A stretch of DNA of 64,000 nt, taken from NCBI GenBank assembly GCA_964188305.1, contig OZ076885.1. The stretch is one strand, 5' to 3'. Position 1 is the first letter of the stretch. Each line of letters opens with the position of its first letter. This document shows, piece after piece, positions 63,554 through 64,000 of the stretch. Source of the stretch: Podarcis bocagei (lineage: Eukaryota). A model generated the notes under the pieces. The model made no database searches, was not told the DNA's origin, and worked only from the letters and a program-made list of their open reading frames with translations. The translations under genes were made by a program, and so were the position numbers.

Positions 63554-64000
63554 ACCTAAGCCATTAAATAATTTGTAGTAGATCCCTAAACTTTTTCAAA
63601 ACTTTCTTCCCAAGAAAACACTGGTTAAAAAAGAGTAATCATTCTACTTTTATAATTTTTTAAGTATGTGGGAAATTATTGAGAAACCTCTTCACTGTCT
63701 GATATAATACTAGTGAAATTTGACAGGTTTCCACCTACGAACATGAGGGAACTGTGATGTGGTTGCTAATATTTTTAGGCAACTTATTACACATGTACAA
63801 ATTCCTCTAATTGGTAGATATTTTGGATGTCAGTAAAATGTTAGTTTCGCTAATAAAGGTTTTGGGCATCTTTCCAATCCTGCATTTGTGGAAAGTCTTG
63901 CCACAGCAGTATCTGTTGTGGCAAGACTTGTTTACTTTATATATTCTTCTATGTACTTGCTTTCTGATAGCTAGTAGGTGTTAGTTTTCTCTCTGGCTCA

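Noticed and set aside
63901-63921. Iron-responsive-element-like loop CAGTAT
   Set aside because: The loop is not CAGUGN, the position is intronic, and the longer stem is the better fold.

Overview
Eukaryotic genomic DNA from a squamate reptile, probably a lacertid lizard (inferred from Sauria-type SINEs and other squamate repeats). The window holds a compact five-gene block: ENTPD5 (+, 13 coding exons, 428 aa), COQ6 (-, 12 exons, 478 aa), FAM161B (+, 8 firm exons plus an uncertain last exon, about 624 aa), ZNF410 (-, 10 coding exons, 466 aa) and the first exon of FBXO33 (+). Splice junctions were walked by hand and give continuous reading frames. COQ6 and FAM161B share a 275-bp bidirectional CpG-rich promoter. 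Introns carry SINEs, L1/L2/CR1 fragments, hAT and Tc1/mariner MITEs and microsatellites. I see no convincing new multi-gene system. The best second-look items are: (1) a 1.65-kb Tc2-like element filled with two arrays of palindromic minisatellites; (2) a near-perfect 120-nt hairpin at an L1 junction in a ZNF410 intron; (3) a ZNF410 C-terminus frameshifted relative to the mammalian one, whose remnant persists in the 3' UTR; (4) RFX X-boxes at the COQ6/FAM161B promoter; (5) a spliced uORF in ZNF410; (6) a GC-AG intron in ENTPD5. Comparisons with human proteins are from memory and need alignment to confirm.
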